This document shows, piece after piece, positions 36,539 to 50,131 of a DNA stretch of 64,000 nucleotides. Under the pieces are notes generated by a model, which had not been told where the DNA came from, made no database searches, and saw nothing but the letters and a program-made list of their open reading frames with translations. The stretch is from positions 62,001 to 126,000 of the forward strand of contig CAXLNC010000052.1 of NCBI GenBank assembly GCA_964187785.1, written 5' to 3'. The number at the start of each line of letters is the position of its first letter. Positions within the stretch are counted from its first letter, which is position 1. The translations under genes were made by a program, and so were the position numbers. This stretch comes from Amphiscolops sp. MND2022. Lineage: Eukaryota.

Positions 36539-36753
36539 CTTAGTGGCCACTATTCGCGTGATTGGAGTGAATGTGTGAATGTGATTGGAGTGATCAGTGA
36601 ACTATTCGCCCGTGAATTTAGATAATGAATAGTGAGCATAAGAGTGATTCTGTGAATTCGGCATTCTTGTTGCGGAAAAAGCCCGCACATGAACGCCCCC
36701 CAAACCTGCAGAAACAGTATGTGAACGGAGAAAAGTGAATGGTGGCCACTAAG
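36539..36753. mobile_element. hAT-like MITE, 8-bp TSD
   Basis: CTTAGTGGCCAC..GTGGCCACTAAG; perfect TSD GTCAGGCA. Confidence 0.92.
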
Positions 36754-37159
36754 GTCAGGCATCATTCTAGTAGCTGGACAAGGTGGCATGCAGAAGAAGC
36801 AGGTAAAAAAAACTAGGGACTTCACACATCCTTGCTGCTCCTGCGTGTACTTGCTTGCCTATGCTCTCCTTCATGATCCAACTTCTTTGCAAGGAAAAGA
36901 GCATGGAATGCGAATGCCTCCCCAGCGGCTTGCTGTTGAAAGACTTCCCTGTTGGAAGAGTGAACTCGTAAAGTGGCCATGAATACTCCTTGGTCCTTGG
37001 AAGATTCAAAAATGACTCCAGCAGACATGCCCCATGTTTGACCCATCATTGCCTCAAAATGTTTCACGTGGCTTGGATGTTTGGAACGGGTTCTTCCTCT
37101 GGATGTCAGAATCAAGCAAGTATGCTGCGTCAGGCAGGCTTGATTGCCCCACACCGTGA

Positions 37160-37485
37160 CTTAGTGGCCCAAATCGCGCGATGCAACCGCGATGTGCGAT
37201 GCGATTCGAATCGCACATCCCCAAATCGATAGCGATGCGAAAAAGTTTTTTCGCTAGCGATGCGAAAACACATTCGCTTGATCTGAAATCACAGGAAAAT
37301 GCCAGAAAAAAAGCCTGCGAAAATCCTGCGATGTTGGCCTGCGATGCAAAAAATCGGGGTGTTTTTTAAGATCGAGCGATGCGAAATGCCTGCGATTCGG
37401 ACTCCCGCTGCGGTTTGGCCTGCGATGCGAGCACCCGCGATGCCAAATCGCTAGCGATGTGGGTCGAGCGATGCGAACCACTAAG
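37160..37485. mobile_element. hAT-like MITE, 8-bp TSD
   Basis: CTTAGTGG..CCACTAAG; perfect TSD CACCGTGA; interior rich in GCGAT. Confidence 0.92.
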
Positions 37486-38353
37486 CACCGTGATCACGGT
37501 TCAAGGAAACGCTTGCAGTGTTTCCGTTTCCCTTAATGCTGCTTTCCCAGAACAGCTCGAGTCAAGCAAATATACATTTGTGCACCACAATCCCCACTTG
37601 ATCGAGCAAAGCGTAGTTCAGCCAGGTGACCATTGCACACCCCACATCTTGAACACATCCAAATTGCCTCCAAACAGATCTTTCTGTGGTTTGGAGAGAA
37701 TTGTGGATCTTGGCTCACAACTTGTTCACCCCAGAAACCCCCAAAACAATTGAAGTGACCCAAAAGTGGCTCAAAAGTGACACTGGAGGGGTCGACCCGC
37801 AAGTGACTCAACTGGGACTGAAAACCATGCTTTTGTGACCTCTGACCTTTCGTTGCGCTTGGGGATATCGACTCCCCAGAGGCACTTTTGAGTCACGTTA
37901 AGTTTTTGGGTGCTCTGGGGTTTAGAGGCGGTAAGCCGGGTCACAAGCCTTGTGCGCTTGGTAGACCTCATTGTGAGATGTCATTTGAGTTTCCCTTATT
38001 TCTTGGCAGCAGGTACTTGCCTGCCAGAACCAGGCAAGCCGAAGCCTGAATCAGTGAGGATCATGACGGGGGCCTCATTGGCCCCCCCATATTGCGATAT
38101 CCCAGCAATACGCCCCTTGGGTGTTTCTGTGTGCAGAGATGGGGTGCGATACCCCTCGCCTGTATTTGAGGTGCTACACTCCTCGTGCAAGAGGGCTATC
38201 TCAGCGACACTGCACTTCCACATGAAAGTAAGGAAAATTGATGCAATGCCCCTTCTCCCCTTCTGTGGAGGACTATCTCGAAGAGGCGTTGTGCGAAATC
38301 GGGGGATGTCTCGAATTGCGACGCTATAGATGGCAGCTTGCGCCCAGCACTTA

Positions 38354-38626
38354 CAGTCCGTTCGCTAGTAGTTACCTACCGATAACTTACTTTGTCAGAA
38401 TTAATTAGTAAAAAGTTACCGATACAGTTACCGACTCTTTATTACTTTTAATTAATAAAACCTACCGTTACTGATGGGCCCTTCAGTGTCCTTTCTCCTC
38501 TCTCTCAGAATTGCCCAAAAGTTACCGATTCGTAATTCCTGGGAATTAATTTTGGAAAGTTACCGGATACCGTTACCGATTTTTTATTGTTTTGAATAAT
38601 TTCGGGAAGCATTAGCGAACACATTG
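38354..38626. mobile_element. Tc1/mariner-like MITE, TA TSD
   Basis: TA|CAGTCCGTTCGCTA ... TAGCGAACACATTG|TA; AT-rich interior with GTTACCGAT repeats. Confidence 0.7.
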
Positions 38627-39273
38627 TATATCATTGTCCAAGGTGGCCTGTACGGTTTCCAAGACTTAGCACAACCATCTGTCGCCAAACTATTACACTA
38701 CAGCGCCTTTGTTCTTGGACAAATTAAATTCAGGCGGGACCACCCCCGGAGAGCCTGGAAGTCTCGAAAAACTCTGGAAAATTTCTCAACACCACTTTCT
38801 CGAAAGTTTTTCCAGCCTCTCCCTGGTCCGCCCAGGAGACTTTCAACAGACTTACTTTTTTGGTGTTTCGGGCCCAGAGGGTCTGAGAGACTCCTGTAAA
38901 ATGGCGGACAGGTTCCCAATCCTACAGCTATGTGGTGAGACGTACAGTAGGCCCAAGGGAAGGGATCGCGCCCCCCCCCCCCCCACACACACACACACAC
39001 ACACACATACACATACACACACACACACATTGCCAACCTGCTTGAGGCCGATGAAGCAGCTCCCAAAGCAGCCAGCAGCCGCTCAGCCCTGCCATTCACA
39101 CCTGCCCTCAGAGAGGTCTTGGAGGTTTCTTGCAGAGTCACAGCACTTCTTCCGACAATCCAATCTAAAACATGGCTGGTTTACACGAATTTTCATGAAC
39201 CATACCAGAACCCCCCCTTCGTATGAGCTTTCCCGGCTTTCCCTGCACAACAAGTGCGAGAGGCAGCCATTGG

Positions 39274-39498
39274 TCAGGCACAAAAAAGGGACCCAAACCT
39301 AAACTTTTGAGCCCGGATATTTTCTGGTGGGGTGGGGGTCTTCCACGTGAAAGGGTGGGGGCCAAAAAGTTCGGTATGTCCCTCGAAACCCAGGGAATCA
39401 AACTTTTTTGGCGGGATATCCCGGGATTTTGCCGGGATATCCCGGAAGCGCCCGAAAAGTTTGAGAAAAAAATGTTTGGGTTCAGTTTTTGGCCCCTA
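39274..39498. mobile_element. Probable TCAGG-type MITE, 5-bp TSD ATTGG
   Basis: ATTGG|TCAGGCACAAAAAAGGGACCCAAAC ... GTTTGGGTTCAGTTTTTGGCCCCTA|ATTGG; imperfect TIR. Confidence 0.55.
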
Positions 39499-42470
39499 AT
39501 TGGGTTCAGATATGGTCGGTTCAGATGTGGTCCGTGATTGGATTGTGCGGAGAGGCACTGAAAAGCGTTGTTCTTTGCAAATCCTCATCGTCGTTGACCC
39601 TGTAAAGACTTGACGTGTAGCAGCTAGCTTTTTTGTCTTGCTCCACGCCACCCTCACCAACGGTGCATCTTCAAACCCTTGAAGGGTGATAAGCGGACCT
39701 TTGCTTATAAATTCCCCGAGCCCCAGTTGCTATACATCAAGTTTTTGCACTGTCGAATTGACCTCTTTTTTATTGGGGCCAGGGGCTTTGCATTGATGAG
39801 CATGAGGGATTGCAGATGGCCTCCTGGTATCGTGTTGAGATGTCCGGGGTGGGGGGGCTTGGAAAGGGAGTTTCCTTAAAAAGGACGACAGCAAGGTTCT
39901 GCGTTCCTTTTCGCAGTCTTCTTCCGCCAAGCAGAAGGGTCATTCTGTTGCCTTTGGTAGGCCAGCTTTCATTCAAATGATCAAAGCAGTAAGATTGGGT
40001 GTACTGAAAAGACTTGCTCACATGAGGTTTGGCAAAGCCCCTCTTTAATCCCCTGACCATCTCAAGTGTAATGTATAGAAGTCCTTGAGGAAACAACAGC
40101 CCAGGAGAAGAAGAGCTCCTCCCCAACTCCTCTAGGAGCATTTGTCCCTCATTCGAAACCCACAAGACCCTTGGCGGTGTGCAGAATGCTTTCTAGATGA
40201 TGTCGTGATATCTGGAAGGGGTGGCAAATATAAGATCTTCAAGTTGCACGCTGCAAGCACACCACGATCCCATGACACCTTTGGTTCCTGTACCACCTCT
40301 GTCGTTGTTGAACCATGCCTTTATGCTTCTCCTTGCTCAAAATCTCCAGGACTTCCATGTTGGACACGTTGTGCCTCTTTCCCTTAGTTTCAGGACTTCC
40401 TTCACACCTTCTGAGATCCTTGTGGATACTTGCTTGAGATCCACTTGTTGACTCACGGTCTTGCTGCTTGTGTGAGCTCTGAGTTGCCGTGAACGGGGAA
40501 ATCATGCTTTACCACTAGGGTTTTAGTTAAGCCAACTCTCAAGGCCTCAAAATGCCCTCGAAATCAGTGTTTTTGGTGCCTCCAAAGTTGCCTCGACTTG
40601 TGTTCCTTCTGAGGTTCCTTCCTAAAGCGACTCAAACATGACTAGAAGTGACTCGAGCCCTTGAAAACAGCTCACTTTTTGGTCACTTTGGGGTCCTTTC
40701 AGGAAAGACGCTCAAAGTCGGTCACTATAAATTGTTTCTGGGCTTAGGGGCTTCGAGCAGGAAACCGAAACACAAGCCTCAACTAAAAAAAGTGGCCTGT
40801 CGAGGAAGTAGATTTGGGGTGTTGGCATGTGCCTCGGCTTTTGGGCACGTGGTCGAACACTCTGTACTTGGTCACATGGGTGCTGCCCCAAGCTTGCGGC
40901 CTCCAATGCGCTGTCATACGAGACCCACGATGAACTAGATCATGCAACCTCTTCTGCCCTGCATTGACGCCTTATGATCAGCATAGAGAGACTTTCAGCA
41001 GGAAGCATCCATCGCATGATTTGATCTTCCTCGGCCAAAAAGGCCCAGAGATTTAAAGGCACTTGAAATGACGACAGCCATAAAGTGACGCAAAATCTCA
41101 TGCAACGCATGCGGCGATTGTTGAGTTTCTGACTTGTAATTGCACAGATTCTGCATCTCGCAGTCGCTACAAGATTCTGCAAAAGTGGTCATTTCACGGT
41201 TGTTGGCTCACAATTGTTGCGGTTTCGCGGTCGCGGTCGCGCCATGGGCTTCACAGTCCGCAAGACATCGCGGGCACATTTCAGCTTTCTCTGACAGACT
41301 GTTGTTTGCTCATGTTTTGCTTAGTGCTAGGATGTCCAGAGTCTAGGCTGATTCTGTCTTAGAGGATCGATTGTGTGGGGACATCCTCAAACTTAATGAA
41401 GGCCCCCTAAAGATGTCCTTTGCGAAAGTTGTGGGCTTGTGCCGTCACTGGTGATTGCCATGACCACACTGGGCCGGCCTCGAAAATCATCAACAACTCT
41501 GGAGCAGACAGTACATGAGAATCTCGTGATTAGGGGAAAGGGCTGTGGACTGGGACGAAATTGTTTTCGGGGGATTCGTTGTCCCAATGTTCTCATAAAG
41601 AGGTCGGCGAAGTTTCTTTTCAAAAAGACTTGTTCTGCTTATCTGGCTGTGGCGCTCCTGAAGGATGATATTATCAAGAGTTGATGACCACCACAGTGCT
41701 GCAGTGGCGGAGACTCTTTCTGAATTGGCCCATTACGATGAAAAGTTGGGTGATAAAGTTTTTGGTGTGCATGTGCAAAGTTGTTGCTGCAATCTCGAAC
41801 GTTCTTGCCAAGCTCTTGAAAATGAGAAGAAAATTGAGAAGTGTGTAGGCAATTGTTTCTCTTTGCGCCTCTCTGATGTCAGGTGCTCCTCCCCATGTTC
41901 AGCAGACACCATGTACATTGTAGGTGTTTGTCTTCCACAACTCTGTTGTCCTGTGAGGCTCAAAAACAGCGTGCCAATCTAAACTAGAATTGCTCGCCAA
42001 CATATAGAAGACCACATCCATCCCCAATCAGATTGGTTCATACGGCCTAGAAGTCAGTTAGGGATCGTATGCCATATTATTGCGGTTCATATGCCATATT
42101 CTCTGTGAAGTCCCTTTATTTTGCAGAAGGGCAAGGGATGTTAACGCCATACGGCCCCTTATTCTATCGGACTTTGGGGGGCATTTTTGCTAATATTGGA
42201 GGTGGGGGTTGTTGCAATTATTTGCAGAGCTCTCTCTCTCTCAGAGTCAGTAAGACAAAAGCACCCTGTGACGTTCTGAGGCTGCGCTTCTGCTATTCGA
42301 TTCAAGAGAGCATCTTGTGGAAAGGATGACCTCAACATGAGGAAAGGCAGTTGCAGAGCTCAAATAAGTCCTCTGGTGATTGGCCTCTGTAAGGCCCAGC
42401 CTTCAGCACAACTCAAAAAGTTGCTGCTGCAAAATTCCGAATTCCAGCGGTAGAGTGTCACATTCCCACA

Positions 42471-42776
42471 CTAAGTGCTCCAAATCGCGCGATTTGACTG
42501 CGATTGCGATTTGTGATTCGAATCGCGAATCGCAAATCACTAGCGATTTGAGACAGTGTGAGCCTTCTCATAAAAGCTCATTCTTCTGACTTGTTGTACA
42601 AGAAATTGGCATTGCGATTCTAGCGGCGATTTGAACAGAGGTTCAAATCATAAATCGTGCGATTTGAAAGTGCGATTCGAGCTGCCCGAGACTGCGATTT
42701 GGGGGAAATTCTTGCGATTCGGGCTCCGCGATTTCAAATCACTAGCGATTTGCGATTTGTGATTTGGAGCACTTAG
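42471..42776. mobile_element. hAT-like MITE variant (CTAAGTG..CACTTAG), 8-bp TSD
   Basis: TIR CTAAGTGCTCCAAATC/GATTTGGAGCACTTAG; perfect TSD TTCCCACA. Confidence 0.92.
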
Positions 42777-44823
42777 TTCCCACAAGACATCCACAGCTAC
42801 TGATGCGAACACTGTCCGTCTGGGTGTCGTTGCCGGTCCCGGAGTTACAGAACAGATGAGAATGCTAGGCGTTTTGTTCCTGCACTTAAATGCCCAGAAG
42901 AATGCTGTGAGCCCACGGTCCTGGCATCTGATCGGTGCCTTGCAAAGTGCGTCCTGAACAGATTGCCCAAACAGAGATCATAATCTCCAATATCTCAGCA
43001 GCTTATTGTAAAGACACATGTTTCAAGGGGAGCCAAAGTTTGACCGAATATTGCACTTCTATTGTGTAAATATGCTGGTTGCTGCTGCAGGGAGAGTGCT
43101 TTGGACCAGAAAACCATACAAAGTAGCAGTTTCAGGGAAGTTTCAGACCATGTTACCCAAACAGGGAATGTGTTAAATATGTTGGGTCGGACGTGCTCGA
43201 AACAGGCGAACACACGTCAAACATGTTGAATAATCTGATCGTTTTTCAGGAGGTTTCCAGCCAAATGAATTATCATGTTTAACACTCTCCTGGTTTTGAG
43301 CACTTTCTTATTTTTGAACAAGAGCTCGAAACAGGCAAATTGTCAAACACGTTCGGTCCAATGTCCTCGAAACAGGGAAGGAGTTCACAACCTTAGATAC
43401 TTTAAATGTGTTGGGGGCCTTGGAGGGTTTTCCAGCTAAAAAATGGAAATCTATAACACAAAAAAAAAGTTGCCTTCTTTAGTAGAGAAAGTGTGCGGAA
43501 GAGAGACCCAAAAAACTTCAAAATGTCAGGTCGAATGTGCTCGAAACAGTGCATCTGTTCTCATATGTTACAGCCTTAAAGGCTATAAATGGCTGGGGAG
43601 GGGGCGGTTCGGTGTCATAGCGGGGCTCCCAGAAAATTTTAGCAGATTTGACATGTCTCCAGTTTCGAGCACTGTGTTTCCGAAATCTGCTCAACACATG
43701 CGAAATTTTAAATATGTTGGGCCAATTGTGCTCGAATCATGAGAGATGTTCAATGTATTGTCTTTTACAGTTTGGAGGGTCTTAAGGGGGGCTTCCAACC
43801 TGAAATTTCAATTTATGTAGCTTCCATTGGTTCCTAGCACTTCTTCAAAGATCTTAAGTGTGTCAATTTTTCTGCTGAAAACGCCTCAAACTTGCCCGCC
43901 GCATTCAACATACCCCCCAGAAAACATTGCTTGCTTACACAATGTCTAAAAGAACTACTGCGTTTGTCGCACGTAATTCCTGGAAAAGTCCTCCTTTCCC
44001 GAGGAATTTTGGTGCAGAAAATCCCATCAGAATCACGCAAAATGATTGTCAGGGAATTATATTTGTTATAACTTGCTGTCAGGAGGTGTTTTGCATATCC
44101 CCTTGTTCAGGAACGTTACATTGAACGTAGTCAACATCTCCCTTGCTTGAATCACTTCTTTGAAAGTGATGAAAACTAGGGAAGTGTATCAATAGAACCA
44201 AGTAATTCTTTGAAAAGCAGGAAACACAACAGCATCAAAACCAATAACGACAAGAGGAGAGAGTTAAATCAACATGAAACAAGGGGGGATAAGTCCCCCC
44301 CCAAAGAGAAAGTATTGTTATTGTTGATTATGTCGTTCTTTGATGCTCTTGGGAGTTAATGGTGTTGATTGTTGTTGTGGTTGTTGGTTGCTGGTATTGA
44401 TGTTGTGCTTGTTATTGTTCTTGTTCTTATTGTTCCTTGTCTTGCCTGAAACATAAGTTGTATGGTTTGATATTGTTTCCGATTTATTCAGATATCTTCT
44501 TGGGTGTTGATGATGGTGGTGGCGGTGTTATTGTTGTGGTTGTTGTGGTTATTGTTGTGGTTGTTGCTCTTCTTCTGATTTGGGTTGATTGCATCGTGGT
44601 TGTTGCGAAGGAATCTTGGGTTCAGGACGAATATCCAGAAGAAGATAAAGGAAAAGCAGATCATGAGGAGGATGATGAATAGAAAGAAACAGAAGAACAA
44701 TGGAGTGAGTTGGGGTATTCGTCAAATTCTTGAGGGAATACATTTCGGTGCGAATACATGTCGCGCCTGTATTCGCACCCGCTCGAATACAGGAAAAAAA
44801 TCCTGGCGAATTATTTATGTATT

Positions 44824-45020
44824 TCAGAAAAATCCCCGCGCCCATAAAAATAAAATCGGCACTCCCCCCCCCCCCAAAACGAGGAATTTTATGGGCGTGG
44901 AGGTTTTCCTGCAGAAAGAACGCAGAAATTCTAGGCGCCCATAAAATTGGCGCACTGCCGCAGCCATTTCCAGCCCCAGAATTGCGGACACGAATTTTAC
45001 GGACACGAGGACTTTTCTGA
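44824..45020. mobile_element. MITE, TCAG..CTGA termini, 5-bp TSD GTATT
   Basis: GTATT|TCAGAAAAATCCCCGCG ... CACGAGGACTTTTCTGA|GTATT. Confidence 0.85.
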
Positions 45021-46124
45021 GTATTGGTTTCGTGCCAGGGGGTATGTGTGGATGTATGCATGTATGTATGTGTACATGTATGATGTATGTGTATATGTAT
45101 ATGTACACACACACACAATCCAGGCCCCCAGTCCTCAGGCCTTCGAGAGGGTCATCTGCCATCCCTCCATAAGCCCCATGTGCCCCTGCAATGACTCATT
45201 CATCTGCCCCTCAGAGATTACATGGGCCATTTCTGTCTAGGTTTGTGCAATGATTTCTCCGCCCTTGTTGTTGCCTACATGCTGGGAACTGAGAAATATC
45301 TACCACCACCACCCAGAGAGCAAGAAAAGAAAATCTTCAGCAGAGGAAAACTCTGGCTTCATCAACCCCTACGGTAGATATGGAAATGCTGTAAAAACTA
45401 GGAAAACCATATCTACCATAGCGATTCTTTGGCCTGTCAAGGCCATTTTCGAGAAGAGGGCCGCCACGGTGGAGGTAGATAGTTTCGTTTCCCCTGACAT
45501 GCCCCCAACCAAGCAATATTACTTTCTTACCAAAAAGTCTAGGCTGATTGGCAAAATAACTTTGTCAAAATGTTCATCGTGTTTCTCTTTTTAAAAAAGT
45601 CCTTCTTTCCCAGAGGTGATTGGAGCAAAATCCCTTGGAATGTATGCAACATCGTTTTCAGTGAATTGTTGTCGTAGTAGATTGTTGTTGTTGGGGTGGT
45701 ATCTTCTTTGGGAGGGATATCAATGAGGCCGTGGAGCTTGAGCGACAGAGACTAGGCCACATGGAGGCTCAGCTGCAAGACTTAAGAGCGCAGTCAGCCC
45801 AAGTTGCTCTCAGAGCATCTGCATCTGTTGAAGTTCCGAGCAGCTGCAGTCGTTAGAAGTGTCTCGAACAGAGAACCTCCAGCAGGAAATGATGCTAACA
45901 TCTTCATACGAAGCTGCTGATTTGTCCTTGCAAAGAATTGTTAGTTCTAAGCAGCAGTGCATTCCCATACCACTGAGAAAATGCAGGTTTAGGTATCAGG
46001 TCACCTGAGATCAAAACCTCGGTGGTGGATGCCAGAATCTCGAACTCTGAAAATCTCTCTCGATTTTTTGGGGTGGTCTGGCTGGCTCTGTGTGATTACA
46101 CGGCCGTGACAATATCATGCTGCA

Positions 46125-46166
<42 letters not shown>
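46125..46166. repeat. (GAT)n microsatellite
   Basis: Directly visible. Confidence 0.95.
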
Positions 46167-46167
<1 letters not shown>

Positions 46168-47418
46168 CAGCAGGATGCTCCTCAGAATGAATCAGATGTT
46201 CCCACCCGCCTCACTTGCATTTCTTCTCAGGAGAAAGCAAGAACGCCCCACTCCCCCTATTCTTGGCCAAAAGACACGTTGGAGGGGGATTCCGAAGAGG
46301 CGGGGTGTATATTTTGAAACTCTCCGCGCCAGAATTTTTATACCCTCCCCCTTCTTTTATATAGCCCCCTCCCGCAGAAGGGCATTCTCAGGGGTGGGGG
46401 GTGGGGGCGCCTAACATCTGGCCCCCCATTTTCTTCGATTCTTGCCAATTGTCCTACCATTTTCTGTGGAGTATATGCTGGCTTCTTGCCGAATCTCGAT
46501 ATTTGGACAAAGAGGTCTTTCTCCATCGAGGCGCCTTCCTTGCAAGCATCGGGAGCCCTGACTCTCGAGGCTCGCATGATACCCTTTCAGACCTCAGGAA
46601 AACGCCCTTTTGAGGCTTCAAAACAACTCCCCTTTTGCATTGTAACGACTTTTCATGTTATCCAGGGATTCACTTCAAATAGGGAATGCCCAACACCCCA
46701 CACCCCAGGAGTCATGTGTTGGGAGCAGGTCTGCATGCTTCTTCTTGCCCGAACGGCCGAACCCTGAAAAGGTCTCTTGCCGCCGAAAGTGCGACAAGAA
46801 GAAGACAATCTTTGGACTTGTGGGTCGTTTTGGGGCTGCAGACCCTGGGAGACTTCTTCATATCTTACAAGATATCAGGCAAGGCCTGAGAGCTTCAAGA
46901 TATGTTTTAAAGTCGTATCTTGCAATAGTGGNNNNNNNNNNNNNNNNNNNNNNNNNNNNNNNNNNNNNNNNNNNNNNNNNNNNNNNNNNNNNNNNNNNNN
47001 NNNNNNNNNNNNNNNNNNNNNNNNNNNNNNNNNNNNNNNNNNNNNNNNNNNNNNNNNNNNNNNNNNNNNNNNNNNNNNNNNNNNNNNNNNNNNNNNNNNN
47101 NNNNNNNNNNNNNNNNNNNNNNNNNNNNNNNGGCTTACATCATACTCTTCTTGGAGAGTGTTCAAAAGGCAAGTGGCCAAGTCAGATCAATCTAAGCATG
47201 GCCCGGATGCTGTATGATTAGTTGTGCCTGCTCGCCTCGTGACCTGCCTAGCCAAGCGGCTTAGGTCAAAGTTGTCTGAGATGTGCTCATGCATGTTTCG
47301 AGTGTCTGTCAGAAGTGGTTCGTGGAAAATTACCATCCTGTCAAGTGCCGGTTCGGGCGCTGTGCCGATTTTGATCTTCTCGAGCTTTTCTTTTGGTGCT
47401 GGTTTCGGTGTTGGGGTC

Positions 47419-47684
47419 CTTAGTGGCTCAAACGCTACACCACTTGTGTCGCGCTACAGCTGTCGCGCTACACTGGTGTCGCATTTTTCGCCTTATGTTT
47501 TCGCAGTGTCGCAAAAGAATCGCGCTACACCCCTTAAAGTATCTCAAAAAAGGCCCTGTCGCACCTTTTTGGGGTGTAGGGTTTAGCACCTTAAGTTGGC
47601 CATGCACATATCATAGAATCGTGTCGCGCTGCAGGGGGTGTCGCAGCTACATTGTCGCGAGTCGCGCTACACTGCGACACTAAG
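47419..47684. mobile_element. hAT-like MITE, 8-bp TSD
   Basis: CTTAGTG..CACTAAG; perfect TSD TTGGGGTC; interior with GTCGCGCTACA repeats. Confidence 0.92.
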
Positions 47685-47819
47685 TTGGGGTCTTAAATGC
47701 TGGTTTGGGGGTCTTAAGCGCTGGTTTCTCGAAAAGAGAATTAGAACATTGAAAAGAAAAGGATCAAAACTTCTAGGCAAGGGCTTCTGAGCTGTGACTT
47801 GAATAATGCTACACAATGA

Positions 47820-48012
47820 TCAGGAGTGGCCCGGCAAACCAAACCAGAGAAAGGTCAGCTCATGAACCTTTCACAGGGGCATTCCGGAACAAAGTTCAAT
47901 GTGAATCGTGCTTTTTTCTAAGGAAAACTCCAGAATTCACAAAGATGGGCGACATTCACGAACTTTTTGTTTTGGCCCTTTCTTTGGTTTGTTTTGCCGG
48001 GGCGACTCCTGA
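47820..48012. mobile_element. MITE, TCAGG..CCTGA termini, 5-bp TSD AATGA
   Basis: ~27-bp TIR TCAGGAGTGGCCCGGCAAACCAAACCA vs inverse of TGGTTTGTTTTGCCGGGGCGACTCCTGA. Confidence 0.9.
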
Positions 48013-50060
48013 AATGATCTAGTGGATCTCCACCCGAGATTTGTTTGGCACGCTCTCCATGATTTGTAATTGGGCTCCTTCACTGGGGTCATTCGGGACT
48101 GCATCTATCAAGGGGCTGGAACAGACAGACAGGGCTTGTCACAGTGTGTTCACATGCTTCTTTGTAGCATTTTACCACCAGACATCTGCAAAGAGGTAAT
48201 CTTCACAATCATGACACTGGTCGAAACTATACAGCCAGAGCCGTGACATCCGCAAAAACAAATCCGTTCTTTGCAACCCTGATTGCCTGGTACAACCCCC
48301 GAATTCCCGGATGGCCCCTGAATCGATAGGAGAAGGACCAAGTAGTCTTTTTGGAGGAAGGCCCGGGAGTCGAAAATGTCTCTTGCTCTAGAGCAACCCC
48401 AGACTTGCACCGGTGCAGCCTTGAGGTTGCTCTAGAGCAAAAGACACATTCGAGACTCCCGGGCCTTCACCCCAAAAGACCACTTGCTCCTTCTCCTATC
48501 GATTTAGGGGAAGTTCAGGAATTCCGGCATTGTACTAGGGTCTCAGTGTCTCAATCTGTTCTGCCAAAACTCGGCCCTAACAATTTTGTCAGAATTAGAA
48601 ACTGCAAGTGTAATCGGTCACGGCGTCGAATGCGTTTTATGGGAATTCCACCTGGTGCTGCAACTGTAACATTACTAATTATGGGAGCGGCCCCTACTGT
48701 AGCTGTAACCCACAATTAATCACCACAGAAAAACTTATGGAAGGTAACAAGTTTGTTGCCTATGGTGACTTAGATTGTGAGACCCCTTTAAGGGGGCAAC
48801 CGGCCTGTAACTTCGCAGCCCATCGTGGTTTTTTCGTGGCCCTCCTGGTAAAGTCTTCTGTCACGCAACAGAAAGCCCCAGAGGGGATGATCCGAAAAAT
48901 GACCTGGTTTTGGTCGTCCGATTTTTTTTGATATGTGTAGTTGCGGGGGTCTCGAAGCCGACTCAAAGTGGAGGTGCGCGTGCGGTTACGTTACAAATTT
49001 CATCGGGCCTTTCAATGCTAGAGGAGGTTGGTTTGGTTGAAGCATTGTAAAACACACCCTTGAGTGATCAAAATGCAATGAAACTACGCCACGCACCATG
49101 TCCTGGTCAAGGACGCAGTGGGGACATTTTTTTTGTGTGTTCTTCCGAATTTTTGCAGTGCCAGATTCCCACGTTGGGTTTTGCACATCCAACCAAACCG
49201 TGTGTCTTGGTTTTCCATGTGCATGTTTCATGTTTGAAATCCAAAACTCTCAAGCCCAAAACGACTATAGATTGCCAGCGTGCCCTGTTGAATCCGGTCA
49301 ACCGCGGCTAAGGTTTGTTGCATCATGTGGTTGCCATTCCAAACAATGTTGTTTCGCCATCCACCATGGCGGGAAAATAAGAGATTGTCACAGTCATAGC
49401 CCATCACGACCCAAACTTGAAGAAAACATATGAATGAACGCACACTGAAAACAATTTCCCCAATTCGGGTGATGAGACTTTCTCTTGGACGAAAGGACCG
49501 CCGACATATGCTCCGAAAAATGCGCCGAAAAATGCGCCGAAAGATGCGCCGAAAACTGCGCCGAAAAAAATGGGAACCTCCATGCGGTTTCAAAGCCAAA
49601 AAATGGCCGCGGTTTTTGGCCTATTTTTTGGAGTGATTTTTCACCCAATCGGCTTGATTGTTTGGCCGACCCGATGGAACACTTGTCTGCATCTAGCAAG
49701 ATGATTTGCACAATGAATGCGCGAATGCCTCAGGGCAAGCCATGAACAGGCCACTTCGCATGGAACACGTGCACAAACCAATCGCTGCAACGTATTCTGC
49801 CCCAATGTGGTTGGCAATGTTCTCTTTTCATTGAGGTATGAGCATATTTGATCATGTGTGTGGGAGACCAATGTCATAATAACGGCTGTGGATCATGAGT
49901 TATGTTTGATTTGCGCAACAAACCTCATTGTTGTCTGTAAAGACTACGATTCCATTGGTGTTTTGCAAGCAGTGGTTGGGTGTGTTATAGCCCAGGCCTT
50001 TTTTAGCCGCGGGGCTTCTGCAATTTCTTTGAAATCTAGGGTTTCTCAGCGGAACTTAGC

Positions 50061-50131
50061 GGAATTTAACGTAATTTAGCGTAATTTAGCGTAATTTAGC
50101 GTAATTTAGCGTAATTTAACGTAATTTAGGG
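50061..50131. repeat. 10-bp tandem repeat GTAATTTAGC, ~7 copies
   Basis: Directly visible. Confidence 0.95.

Larger units (their letters stand above)
30200..46230 (+). other. Scattered exon-like fragments of probable intron-rich host gene(s); structure unresolved
   Basis: Protein-like stretches between MITEs: SQSGIGSDDEGAIQERQEQNAQRPLALKRR (~30290), LMSTPTLGSFRGGGDDDDGLIND (~30900), EVMTAITTIEWFRECQ (~31275), AVAETLSELAHYDEKLGDK (~41700), ELERQRLGHMEAQLQDLRAQ (~45735). Confidence 0.3.

Noticed and set aside
38730-38920. Further MITE-like segments (also ~31470-31620, 34190-34420, 35800-36200, 37750-37920, 40560-40740, 43000-43850, 48500-48980, 51230-51660)
   Set aside because: They look repetitive and some resemble each other, but termini and TSDs could not be fixed, so they are not listed as features.
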